Source: Octopus bimaculoides
Lineage: Eukaryota
Length of the DNA stretch: 64,000 nt
Direction of reading: 5' to 3'
NCBI RefSeq assembly: GCF_001194135.2
Contig: NC_068986.1
Location: forward strand, 72,784,383-72,848,382
Part shown: one piece after another, positions 1-12,800 of the stretch
Numbering within the stretch: position 1 is the first letter of the stretch
Layout: every line of letters starts with the position of its first letter
Program-made: the position numbers and the translations under genes
Notes under the pieces: model-generated
What the model was told of the DNA's origin: nothing
The model's input: the letters and a program-made list of their open reading frames with translations, nothing else
Databases searched by the model: none

Positions 1-250
1 TAGCCCACACTCTTAACCACTATGCACACTGCATATAACTCTTCTTATGCCTAATTTTTCTCACATGCAAACTCATCACCTTCTTCTGTACACTCTCAAA
101 CATTTTACAGAAGTTTGTCTCTGGTGTGACTAACCTGCACATCCCTTTCTGTAAATCACAATAGATTCCAACCTCGAGCCTCAACCACCACACTACATAA
201 GAACTTTTCATGAGATGATATGACAACTTCAAAAAAAACCAATAGCCAAC
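1..250 (-). mobile_element. Decayed RTE-type LINE fragment
   Basis: Minus-strand translation resembles the RTE Cys-rich region (K..IRHKKSYMQCA*WLRVW versus GVGRNSI.C..C..W.H). Confidence 0.5.
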
Positions 251-635
251 CATGTGTATATGTCTATGGAGTTACTTGTTGATTCTTATGTGAAAGGATT
301 TCAGCTCACTATCGTAAACCACCAAACTGTTCCCTTATTTCCTGTTTTGTGTTATTGTTTTTCCTTTATTGTCGGGTAAGTGAAACAGAAAACACTTCTT
401 CCTGTTTCTGAAAAATTAGATATAAACCTTCAATTCTGTAGTAAAGAAGCTAGCACCTTATCCACTGAGTCTTTGCAAGTTCCACAAGGCTATCATCAGC
501 AGCAACAGTTTGTTTTTCTCATGCTAGGGTATTTCTATCATTTCATCTATTTTGTTATCTCTCTCTTCTCTGGTATATTCCTTCCTGTTATCACTCCCTC
601 CTTATACTTTCCTTTTTCTTTTTTACTTATTACAG

Positions 636-808
636 ATGTCAGTTGGCAGTGAATTCAACCAACCATCAAGTAACCTTGTGATAGATGATAACAGTAATGA
701 TGCCCCACTTGTAGTTGATGATGCACATACATCTTTCCCTCCACGTGAGTGCTACATGCCTTTGTTTGTATCATTTTGGCATACTTTTCTTTGGTGCATT
801 TATGAAAG

Positions 809-841
<33 letters not shown>

Positions 842-3800
842 TTATTAAGCAAAGTTAGAAAAGAGGAAATATAGTAATAGATAAGACATCAGTGATAAAA
901 GTCACTGATAGGTGAACCAGTTCAATCCTGGAGCTGACTCTACTTACTCTACACCATCTTTTACAAGACTGTGCCTCATATCAAACTACCAAAGAAGTTT
1001 CTATGAGAAATACTGGAAACAGAGATATCAACATTTAAATGCTACTCATTACCAGACGGGTGTTTATTTTTTTAAATTTAATTTTATTCAACAGCAGAAA
1101 ATATATTTGCTTTCATTGTGTTCCAAAATAAAAAGTATATTAACAAATCTGTTAATCAGCATATTGTAAGTTATCATTATCATCATCATTTAACGTCTGT
1201 TTTCCATAGGTTGGATGGTTTGACAGGAGCTGGCTAGTGGAAGAGCTGCCTGGGTTCCAGGTCTGTTTTGGCATGGTGTCTAAGGTTGGATGCCCTTCCT
1301 AACGCCACCTCCTTTACAAAGTGTGCCGGGTGCTTTTACGCAGCACGGCACAGGTCCTTTTATGTGGTTCCAACATCCACAAGATTAGGATTGCTCAGCT
1401 GAAGAGGAATGCAGGAGTCATGCCTGTATGCAAAAACTATAATTTTACTTAGCTTGACATGCCTTCTCAAGCACAGTAAACTGCCACAAGTCTCAATCCT
1501 TTGTCATCCCCTCTGTAAATCCCAACATCTGAAGATCCTTTCTCACCATTTTGTCCCACATCTTCTTGGATCTACCCCTTCCACATGTTTCCTCCGCCCT
1601 CTTAATGTCATTCATTTTAATGTTTTTAATTATATTTTTTGGTAATTTCAGTGGCTCCAATTCCAACACCAACAAAAAGAGGAACAGGTCGTAGTCGTGG
1701 TCGACCAAAAGGTTCAGGAGTTGGACGACGCCCACGTGGACGAGGCACTGCAAAGAAAGCATTATCTGCTGCTGAAATTGCTGGTGCACAAGCTGGCATG
1801 ACTGCAGCGTATGCTGCTTATGGCTATAATTTCACAGGCCAGGCAAAAGGTCAGACACTCAGCCCTATATGTAACACATAAGTTATTTCTTTCAATGGAA
1901 AAAAATAAATATTTGTTAGCAGTGTCGTTATTTCAGCTTAAAACTCAATTTAGACACTAATATTACCACCACTGCCACTACCATCACCATTTTATTGTTT
2001 TTTTTTTCATTCTTGCATGGGTCAGGCAGAATATGTTGTAAGTTTTTCTATGACCAGATGATCTCCCTCTCACCAACTTTCACCCGTTTGCTAGCATGGT
2101 AATATTTTATATTCCCTAGTTCTCTAATCATGAACAGCACACTGGCTGGACATGTTTTCTCAGAGGAATGCAAAGGGACAATGTTGCTTGTGTGACAGTG
2201 ACATTCTTTGACAATTGGTGCACAATGTCAAGACAAGGAAACAAATCACATGACTTCTTAACTACACAGCCAATCCTGTGCCTTTTTGAAAAAGATTCTC
2301 CTCGTATATTTTAAGCAAATTTCTTAATCAGCCTGTTAGGCTTAGACCAACTGTTTGGACAGCACTCCTGTTGTTAATTATAATAATTGGCAATTTGCTG
2401 GCATGCAGAGATGGTTTGGAAATAGGAGATTTTTAAATGATAGAGAGTGAAAGAAATGAAGGAACACAAGAGAATTAAATTGAGAGTGGATTGGAGTAAG
2501 AAGTGTTATCTTTATATTGCTTTAAGCAGGACACTGAACATAGGAACAAGGGGAAGATGTGTGCAAGAGAAAAGGCTGTGCTAGCATAAGCATGTGATGC
2601 ATTTGTAGGACATGTGCTGCATAAGAAGGTGCCAAGTACTCTGAGTTATCGGAAACTGTGGGAGAGGGAGACCGAAAAAGATATGGGACAAAGTAGTGAA
2701 GACTCTTCAAAATATTTTGCATCTCACAGCAAAGATGACATAGGACTGTATTGATTGGTGATAGACAGTGCTGGAGAAGACTAAGCTACTTATTTAAGCA
2801 CAGTGACACATACATTAAAATGAAGGTAGTGAGGGAGATTTCGATCCCTATGTATATATGAATGTGTGTATGTGTGTGGACCATCAGGAGTTACTGCTGA
2901 GATGCTTAAAACATCTGGTGGTGTAGGATATGGTTTAGCTGCCCACATAACCAATCAGGTTGTACAGGAAGGTGTCATACCCAATGACTAGCAGCATAAT
3001 AGGCAGCTGTTTCAAGGGTGAAAGAGAGATGCCTTAGAGAAAGAAAGTTAGAGGCATCAAATTGCAGGGCCAGATCATGAAAGTTACAGAAAGAGATATT
3101 AGGAAGAGAATTAGCCAAGATGAGACGCAGTTTAGTTTTGTGCCAGGGAGAAATACTACTGGTGCTGTCTTCCAAATGAGGCTATTTCAAAAGTATTTAG
3201 CTGAAAGTAAGCCAATGTGCTTATCCTTTAACATGATCCATCACTCCCTAATCTCTTGGTCTATGAGGATGCTAAGGGTAAACAAATGACTTGTGAGATC
3301 TGTTCAAGCCATGTACAGTGGTGCAGTTAGTAAGATGGAAGTTATCAAGTACAATAATGAATTCAGTATGTGGGTTAGCGCTCACCAGCGCTTGGTTCTC
3401 AAGTTCCTAATCATCATTATCTTTCAGACCATTACAAATTAGTTTAAACTGGATGCCTCTGAGAACTTCTACATGCTGATTACCTTGTTCTTATAGCTAA
3501 ATCAGTAGAGTTAAAAAAGAAATTATAGGTATGGAAGCAAAGCTCAGAATCAAAGGGCCTTTAAGTTAACTTGGCAAAGACCAAGGTTGAAGTAAGTAGG
3601 AAAACAGAGAGGACTCTACTTCTATAAAAAAAATGGCCTTGCTCAGTATTTCGAAAAGGAATAAGTAGGAATTTCATATGATGTGCCCATTGCAAACTAT
3701 GGACACACATAAGGTATTACAAGCAGATTAGCAGAGAAAGTAAACTTTGTATGCAGCAGGTCCCCAGTAGTTGTACATAGCTTCTGTTACCTAGGCAACA

Positions 3801-4200
3801 TAATTCACAGTGATGTCGGAATAGTTTTGAAAGTATAGTAGAGTAAGAACAGACTGCATTAAGTGCAGTAAGCTATTACCTCTGTTGGTAACAAATGGTC
3901 TCAAAGTGAAAGGTAGACTGTATGGTACTTGTGTACAAACTGCATTGTTGCATGGTAGCAATACATGGGCCCTGAATGCAGAAAAAGTTATGATGACAGT
4001 AAAATAATTACTTTCATTGCTGGGCTTTTAAGACTAAAAATAATTAATTCACAGTAATTACTTATATAGTAATGATGTTTTTTATTATGTTTTGTATTTT
4101 AATTCTCTTTTCAGGTGTTCGAGGGAGAGGATTAGCTCATTCAGCTAATAGCACACCAAATGTTTCTCCAAAATCTCTAATGAGGAATGGAACGCCATAA
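636..4200 (+). CDS. 3' part of an unidentified gene encoding an AT-hook-like / RG-rich (probably nuclear) protein; exons 636-744, 1652-1849, 4115-4200; 5' end lies outside the window or was not found
   Basis: Acceptors tacag|636, ttcag|1652, ttcag|4115; donors CCAC|gtgagt and AAAG|gtcaga; phases join into one frame: MSVGSEFNQPSSNLVIDDNSNDAPLVVDDAHTSFPPLAPIPTPTKRGTGRSRGRPKGSGVGRRPRGRGTAKKALSAAEIAGAQAGMTAAYAAYGYNFTGQAKGVRGRGLAHSANSTPNVSPKSLMRNGTP*. RGRPK resembles an AT-hook core. Confidence 0.8.
1176..1612 (-). mobile_element. RTE LINE 3' end / RTE-tailed repeat with (CAT)n tail
   Basis: ETCGRGRSKKMWDKMVRKDLQMLGFTEGMTKD plus the catcatcatttaacgtc tail family. Confidence 0.75.
2520..3985 (+). 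mobile_element. Decayed RTE-clade LINE (3' fragment 2520-2780; reverse transcriptase 2875-3985)
   Basis: GPSGVTAEMLKTSG, DETQFSFVPGRNTTGAVFQ, a degenerate ELLYADDLVLIA-type motif, KWPCSV..KG..RN..C.HCKLWTH; many stops and frameshifts. Confidence 0.88.
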
Positions 4201-7200
4201 TTGAATACTCAATTATCAGCTTCCCCTCCCTTTGGTGATCTTACATGAGCCAGGCCGAGTTTTGTCGATAGCTGACAACTTATTGGACAAAGGAGCTGAC
4301 TTTATGGCCTCTGTCAAACTCGTGTCACTCAGTTCATGGACGACTTGATCATTGAATCAAGTGTATTTGAGACAACAGTGTCAGTGATTTCAAGTCGAGA
4401 GGAAAACAAATTGAGTTAAAAAAAAAACACTGGCTAAAAGTAAGCTTTAATTAACCAGATAACATGATGGTTTACTTCAACCATGATCAAATGGTAGTTA
4501 CTGCTTTTCTATTTATTTTCTTCTTGCATACTATGGACTCTTTCTGTTTGTCAACTAACAATACCTTAGTTATCCTTCTATTACAAATAGGTATAGCATA
4601 AAGAAAATATAGTTTCAGGAGATCAGTCATAGTCTTTTCTTTTATTTTTGTCTCTTCTCTTTATCATACACAATAGACACCTTGGTTAAATTTAAATATC
4701 TATGCTTGTTTGCAGATATTTTGTCATGAGCCTATCCCCAATCTCTTTCTTTCTTTTTGGGAATCTATGTGTTAAATAAAGGGGCTAAGTAGTAGTGTAA
4801 TGAGGCCTTAAATGTGCAGCATTTATCAAAGCTATAATGGTTTGTCTATTGAACACAAGAGAAATGTTTGAGTATTTGATGAGTGTAGATGCATACACAG
4901 AAGGATTTCTAAAACGGTATTTCTTATTGTATTTAAATTATTACTTTAGCTCTTATAAAAATAGTTTTAGGGAGAAATGAATTTTTATTTTTATACTTTG
5001 TTAATCGGCATTAAAATCTGAATTGGTTTTTATATTTATTCTCTTATCAATTCTTTGAATTGATATAATGTTGATTCTCCTATTGGTATTGGTAAATTCC
5101 TGAGACTGTATCAGTTTCAACTGTTTGTGACGAATATTCCTTCAATTTTATATTAATTTGTTATGAGCTCTTGATGCATAAGTAGTGTGATTAATTGACC
5201 TGAAATGAAATTAAAGTTTTACACACACACACACAGTCAAAATATTCTTACCTTTATTCTGAAGATAATTTCAGCTGTGACAAAAACAATTTTGGCGAGT
5301 AGTTTTCCTGAAGAACACTACATAGAATTTAGAGCTTGAAGTTTTTTTGTTTGTTTTTTTTTGTTGTTTTTTTTTCTACCAGAATGCTCTCATGTTAAAA
5401 GACAAAGTTAGTTTTTTTTTTAAACTTTTTACTGTTCAATCCACTTGGATTAAACAGTGAAAGACTTCACCATTCTATGATTATATATTGTAAGGATTTT
5501 GATGTAAATCAGTTGATTATACTGTCATATGCTGAGAACTGTGAAAGCAGCACCTAATTAATTGCAGGGCTTAATTTCTTGCAAAAAAAAAAAAAAAAAA
5601 AACATAACAATGGAAGTAAAGATGTTTGTGAAAAATGAAATGAAATTTTTTAAAGGGAACCAAATCAGGTGTGTAACAATTTGCTATATGCTCATTCATT
5701 AAATGTGAAGAGTGAGAGGAACAAATATGGAAAAAGTCAAATTAAATAAAGTGCTTAACAACACACATACTCACACATACAGGAGTAATTGAAAAAAGAA
5801 ATATGAAAATACTGGTAAAGCGTTCATAATGTAATAAAATCTGTTTAGTAGATAGGAATATACATGATCACATCCAAGTATATCAGTCATTTTAAACAAC
5901 TTTATACTGATGGATGAATCTTGTTAGTAACATCTAGCCATACCAACTAGTAAACTCATCTTAGGATTTGTATTAGAATTATGAAAAAAATATATGAAAG
6001 GAGAAACAATTACGGATTGATTAAATGGCAAAATGACAGTTGTGAATTCATATTTCATTATAGGTACTATAATATATTCTTGACCAGCTAAATTTGCTTC
6101 AGTTCACTTGATAAAGTTGGTTGCATTTATGTGAACCTGGTATCATAGCAGAAGTAAAATAACTATCGTATTTTTACAAGGTGGAAGTTTGTCTCCTGTT
6201 TCCAAAGTATTGTTGATATCAGAAAATAAGTATCACCAATATATCTGTTAACAGGAGGGTTTTTTGGGGGTTTTTTTTACACTGGTAGTAAAGTGTTGAC
6301 TTTGAGTAATATTTATTTAATACTCATATTAACCAAATATTATTCAAAGTCATCGCTTTTAAAAAAACTTAACAAAGTAAAAATATCGATGACACTTATT
6401 TGAAGACAGGAAACAAATTTTAAAGATTGACTATGTAAAGACTACAATCATTAAAAACAAAAAGTGTTTGTAAGAGAAAGCTGGAGTGATAGGATAAGTC
6501 TGTAGAAAAAGTAAAGTTTACTGCTGGGAACAAAGACTTTCACTGACATAAGTTGACAGCTGTTTATTACATATCAACTGATACTTTACTGTACAACTGT
6601 TTTCATAGTGTACAATTGTCAAGTTTTGCCTAGTTTAGTTTAGAGAGAAACAATGATATTGACTTTAAAACTAAGTATAAATAAAATATGGTGCAATATT
6701 CTAGTGTAGCAGGAATGTCACTTATTTGTTCATTGCTAATGAGGTGCTGTTAAATATTGTCCTTGCAGTGCAGGAGATAGCATTTTTGATTTCTAATCTA
6801 TAGCATCCCACAAAAAGATGACAATTAAAAATTTGCTCGGTTTTCTGTTGTATTTGTATACAATGATAATAAATTGAATTTAATAATTTAATTCTTTTAC
6901 ATAATAACATTTACAAACAATAATTCATTTTGCTTCATAGTCATCAGTGGAAACTATTTCAAAATATGTAGTATATATAAAATTATTATTTGTTATAAAG
7001 GATGTTTTGACTACTAAAAAAAAACCCTAATATAAATATATAATCTTTAAATTTACAATTTTTCTTGGTTTCAATTACAATTCTAAACTGGAATCACTAG
7101 TTGGTGAATTTCAGAATTCTTCCTGAAATGTAAGATAAGTTTTTTTAATTTTTTTATGTCAATAAAATAGTTCACATATATAGAGTTTCATAAATTCCCC

Positions 7201-8269
7201 TTTGTAAAACTGAACATAAAGGATGCTTTACGAAGGAATGAATTATAGCCAGTACAGCAATCAAATATACTCCTCATTCTAATATCTTGTCTCAGTTACA
7301 GCAATAATAATTATGGTTCAAATAATTTAATAGACACACTGAATACCTTTTTCTTAGACATGTTTCTAAACATTCCCTTTTTTTTTTTTCTGTCACAATA
7401 AATCTTTTAATTTTCTGCAGTCTTTATAACTGCCACAGACCATGTATATTTCCATTCAATTCTACCCTCACTAAAATTTAAAAACCTTAAATGCATTAAA
7501 CTTATTCTTTCGTTTGATTTAATTTTTTTTTAATCTATTTAAATAATTTATTTGTGCAATGCTCTTATCACATTTATTATTTTTCTTCTCAAACAGAAAA
7601 TATATTTTACTATTTGCCAATATTGTACCTCATTTCCGTTATAAACTGTTTTCCTCTTTCTCACTTTTATATTCTCTCCATAGACAATTTACTGCTTTGT
7701 CTACTGCACATCATGGTACTGACCAAATGTTTAATTTGGTTTTTATATAATAATAGTAAAAAAATAATTCAAAGCTAATTGGAGACTGTCCCTGTTAATT
7801 AAATATTACCCACCACCATATTCATTTTCCCTACTCATATTTTTCCCATATCTGCATATGATACACACTAAATTTTCTCTTCCAAATCACACATACACTA
7901 TATATGTATATATATATACATATATATATATATAAAATGAAAAAAAAATTCAGGACATTAATTCTGTCTGTTGCTTTCTGTGACACGTTTTGTACAAAGT
8001 TAACCATCTTTCTTCATGTTGGAATGTTCACTCGTAAAGAAATAAAAAAAAAGGAAAAGGAAAAATAGCACATATGGGAATGGGAAAGAAATGGGTAAAA
8101 ATTTTAAAATTTCACTTTGTTGTTTTTGTTGATTGTAAAGGAAAAAATGCATTAAAAATTAGTGACATCTAGATATAAAACCACTAATAAAATCCTGCCT
8201 ATTTTTACAATTGGATGTCTTTTGTGTTTTGTTTATTATTGTGTATAAAACATAATTTTTTTATTCAAA

Positions 8270-9560
8270 TGTAACTTTTGTTTAATAACATTGTTGTGTG
8301 GACGTGATAGCTAGATGGAAGCATCAGGTAGAGCGAGACGGAACCGTCAGTGGTCAAGACGTCGGAAGTGAGAGTTCGGTAGTTGAGTAGAGGTACGTTA
8401 TTGGCAAAGGCACACCATCCGAACGTGCAATATAACAGTGGCAACGAGGTTTCGAATAGTTCCGAAATGGAAGAGTTACTGAAAGCAGTTGTCAAACAAC
8501 AAGAGCAGCAACTACAGATGTTACTGCAGTCAAGAAATACGACAATCAGTTTCAGTGGATGGTGTTGCAAATTCCATCGAAGAATTTCACTACAAACTGG
8601 ATGAAGGAACTACTTTTACTGCATATTACAGATGATTCGAAGACATATTCCGAGAGGAATGCAAGGGATGGTCTAGTGAAAGGAAGGTAAGACTTCTTTT
8701 GCGAAAGCTTGCCCCTCTGGAACATGAAAGTTCTTGTAACTTTATTTTGCTGAGAAAGCCCGTGGAATTGTGTTTTGATGAAATGATAAATATTTTGACT
8801 AATATTTTTAGTGAGAAAAGTTCGCAGTTTAACATTCAGTGGGAATGTTTAAATTTAAAGAAAAACGAGTCCGACGATTTTGTAACATATGCCAGTGTGG
8901 TTAATAAGGCTTATGAAAGGTTTAAGCTGGAGGAATTAATGTCAGATATGTTCAAGTGCCTAATATTCGTTAAAAGGCTGGTGGCAGTGGAAGACATGGA
9001 AAATGGAAAAAGAATATTATCAAAGCTGAATCAAGATGTGAAACTAACCTTGCAGAGAGTGGCTGAGGAATGCCAACAAATAATAAACCTTCAAGATGAT
9101 ACAAGAAAAATAGAAGACAATAATAAGAAGGTACAAATGTGTAAAGAAAGTACAGATAGAAGAAAACATAAATTCAAAACGGTGCTATGGTTGTGGAGAC
9201 CAACATTTGAAGAAAGATTGCCCCTTCAAAGATAAAACATGTTTTAAGTGTGGTAAAATTGGGCATATACAGACGAAATGCTGGTCAAAGAAAATTGTAA
9301 AACCAAAGAAAGTCTACTCAACAAAAGTAAATTGTACTATACAAAATTGAAAATTTGTGTTGGTAAAAATAAATGGTTTTCAGACCAAAATGCAATTAGA
9401 TACCTGTTCAGACGCATCAATAATAAATACGGCAACATGGTGTAAGATAGGCAGGCTGGTGTATTAAAAAACTACTAGGATAGCTCACGGTGTGTCAGGG
9501 GAACGATTTCAAATCTTGGGCGAAATTTCACCATAAAAATCCCTTAAAACATGACACAGC
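8270..9560 (+). mobile_element. Truncated Ty3/gypsy LTR retrotransposon (short 5' LTR about 8270-8437, PBS-like site, gag with two zinc knuckles, protease start)
   Basis: tgtaac...tataaca then gtggcaacgagg; gag MEELLKAVVKQQ...RKVRLLLRKL...; CYGCGDQHLKKDC and CFKCGKIGHIQTKC; protease MQLDTCSDASII; disrupted by stops and frameshifts. Confidence 0.85.
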
Positions 9561-9737
9561 AAAGTAAACCAATGGTAGCTAAGAATACAATGAATCTGTA
9601 AATGATGTGTATTTATATTACTGTTTAACTCATAAATTATATTTTTTGAATGATCCATATTAAAATAATTGTGTTTCTATAGAAGTAAGATAAAAATGCC
9701 AGTAAAATAAACCATATCTGATTTTTATTGTGATATT

Positions 9738-9883
9738 TTAAATGTCAGTGAGTTCTGTAAAAGGATTTTCATCCACTGATGTGCATAATTTGACACCTTG
9801 TCCTCCAAGGATTGTTTCAAAAGCATGGAAGCCTGACTCATTCAGTTTTTGTAATGCAGCAAGTTTTTGGTTTTCAGAGACAC
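9738..9883 (-). CDS. MVK: MVK last coding exon (GVSENQK...FETILGGQGVKL...TDI*)
   Basis: 146 nt; ttgcag acceptor; TAA at 9740-9738; AATAAA just downstream on the minus strand. Confidence 0.92.
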
Positions 9884-12800
9884 CTGCAATATTCAAAGGT
9901 CATTCTGTTAAAAACCAAAACAATTTCAAAAACTGAAAATTTAAAAAAAAACATTTTGCTTACCATTTTGTTAAACCTTTTAGCATTCAGATTACTATCA
10001 CATATAAGTTTATTTCTTCAAATTGTTTTGAATTAATTATAACTTTGAGATTTTCATGATGGAATGGCTTTGATCTGAGCTAAACATACCATGCTAAAAT
10101 CAATTTACATTGTTAATCATCATGAGGAAATACATGAATGTTACAATATCACACTTTTTTACCTTGAGTGAAGTCGAACTCAAAGTGCTAAAAGAAACCA
10201 GTAATGGTACATTTCCTTTCTCTGCATTCCAAGTTCAAATAATAACTGGCCTTTTTTTTTTGGCTCAGAAAGTTTAATAAACTAATATATACATAGGCGT
10301 AGGAGTGGCTGTGTGGTAAATAGCTTGCTTACGAACCACATGGTTCCGGGTTCAGTCCCACTGCATGGTACCTGGGGCAAGTGTCTTCTACTATAGCCTC
10401 GGGCCGACCAAAGCTTTGTGAGTGGATTTGGTAGGTGGAAACTGAAAGAAGCCTGTCGTATATGTGTGTGTATGTTTATGTCTATTTGTCCCCACCAACA
10501 TCGCTTGACAACCGATGCTAGTGTGTTTACGTCCTTCGTAACTTAGCGGTTCAGCAAAAGAGAGCGATAGAATAAGTACTACGCTTACAAAGAATAAGTC
10601 CTGGGGTTGATTTGCTCGACTAAAGGCGGTGCTCCAGCATGGCCACAGTCAAAATGACTGAAACAAGTAAAAGAGTAGTAATATATTTGAATGAATTCAG
10701 TTGACAACACTCTTTCTCTTTGTAAATGGCTTCATTATCATCATCATACTTAGTAAAACCTTTCTTTATTCAGTGCTGCATGTAGCATAAAGACTATAGC
10801 CTTATTTTCGTCAATAGAGTGAACAGAGTGGGGAGGCAAGCTCCTGGTCGTAACCTAAATCTGACATAAATTTAGAGCAACTTCATTTATAATGAAATAA
10901 TTCTATGTAGAACAATTAATATCAATGCTCTCCTCTTTCATAAAATCAGCAGGGGAGCTACCTGGGAAAAAGAAATAAAAAGATCATATCCATTTATATA
11001 TTTCATTTAAAGTCATTGGACTGTGACCATGCTGATTCACTACCTTAAAAGGTTTTAGATCAGTGGTTCTCAATTGGGATCCATATGACCCTAGCCAGTC
11101 TATATAAGATTTTTCTTGTTAAAATTTATCTGCAATAGATTAGTTATACTTCTACAATACACAAAATATTTTGACATATTTTTTAATACAATTTCTACTA
11201 TTTCATTCCAAAAATATAATGGGATTTTTTAAAGCTTAAAATGGCTAAGAGGGTCTACCCAAGTAAAATATGAATCAAAGAAGTTCAAAGGTTAAAAAAA
11301 AATGTTTGAGTACCACTGTTTTAGATGAACAAATTGACCTGGGGTCCTTATTTTTAAAGTCTGGTACTTATGCTATCGGTATCTTGTGCTGAACTGCTAA
11401 ATTATAAGGACATAAACAAACCAACACCAATTGTCTAGCAGTGGTTGGGAACAAATGCAAAGACACACATATATGTATATACAATGAGTTTCTGTCTACC
11501 AAATCTACTCACAAGGCTTTGATTGGCCCTGGGCTATAGTAGATGCTTGCCCAAGATGTCATGCAGTGGGACTTAACTCAGAACTATGTGGTCGGAAAGC
11601 AAACTTCTTGCCACCAGCCACATCTGCACCTATACACACACACATATAGCCTGTATAATTATGTTTCAGTTTAATTAAAAACAAAATTAAATATTTAAAT
11701 ATCAACTCATGTATTTTATGATTTCTTGTCAACAAATGCCAAAATGTGGCAATTAAGTTTTTTGTTTTCAACAATGGTACCTTTTAATAAGTAAACTAAA
11801 TAATATTGCTAAGAAATGAAAACAGAAAGCTATAATAAGCTACTTTTAAGCATTAGATAGCAAAGTTATTTTTTTACATTCCCTATTATTATTGATTTCA
11901 TTTTTGTGAGTGTTTTATTTATATGTCCATAAATCATAAGTTCGACAAAATAAACTCTTCACAATACATCTGCATTGCAAGAAAACTCTCTCTCCAAACA
12001 GAAAAAGTAAAAAAATAATTCAAACTCTCTGGAGAAGCCATGATGATTAATGAAAGTAAAATTGGACTTAAAAACTCAAAGACCATCCAATCTTATAGCT
12101 AGACAATAACTGGAATTTTCACAATAATTTACATTGCACAATAGTTTACAACTCCCATGCAATGTGAAAGCAAGAAGACAATAATACACATACATAGATT
12201 TCTCTGTGTTTTTCTCCTTGTTTTCTCTGTTGAAGAGCGTAGCTCAAAACGTTAAAGACTTTCTCTATTCCTGAGCGTTAAACTAATACATGCTTTTGCT
12301 GTTTACACCACCTGTCCTTGTCTGTTGTTTTTTTCGTAGATTCTCCCATATATATAGATACACATACACACAGTAAGAATAATGAGTGCTCAACATTGCA
12401 TTGATGGGTAAGTATTCTTTATTTCTAGGTTACCCAGGCTACCATGGGTTTCATGTTAAGGAAGTATATAACTTAACAATTATCAAGCCTATTATATATA
12501 TATAAATGGATGCATGTATTTTTCCCTTGTTTACAATTAACACAGAAAAAATAGGTTAACAGTTACCAGGGCAGCAAAAAATCACACACGTAATAACACC
12601 CTGTTTGTAAAGGTAGAAACTCTGAGTTGATGTGATATATTTTGTATAATATATATATAAACAAATAACTTAAAGGCTTGGAAAAAGATATATCTAGTGG
12701 AAGTGAAATGTAAGAAGAAAATCAATGGAGGTGGGGACAGTGTATTTATCCCCCACTCCCAATGAATCTGGCTATGAAAAATTGTTACAATTTATGTAAA

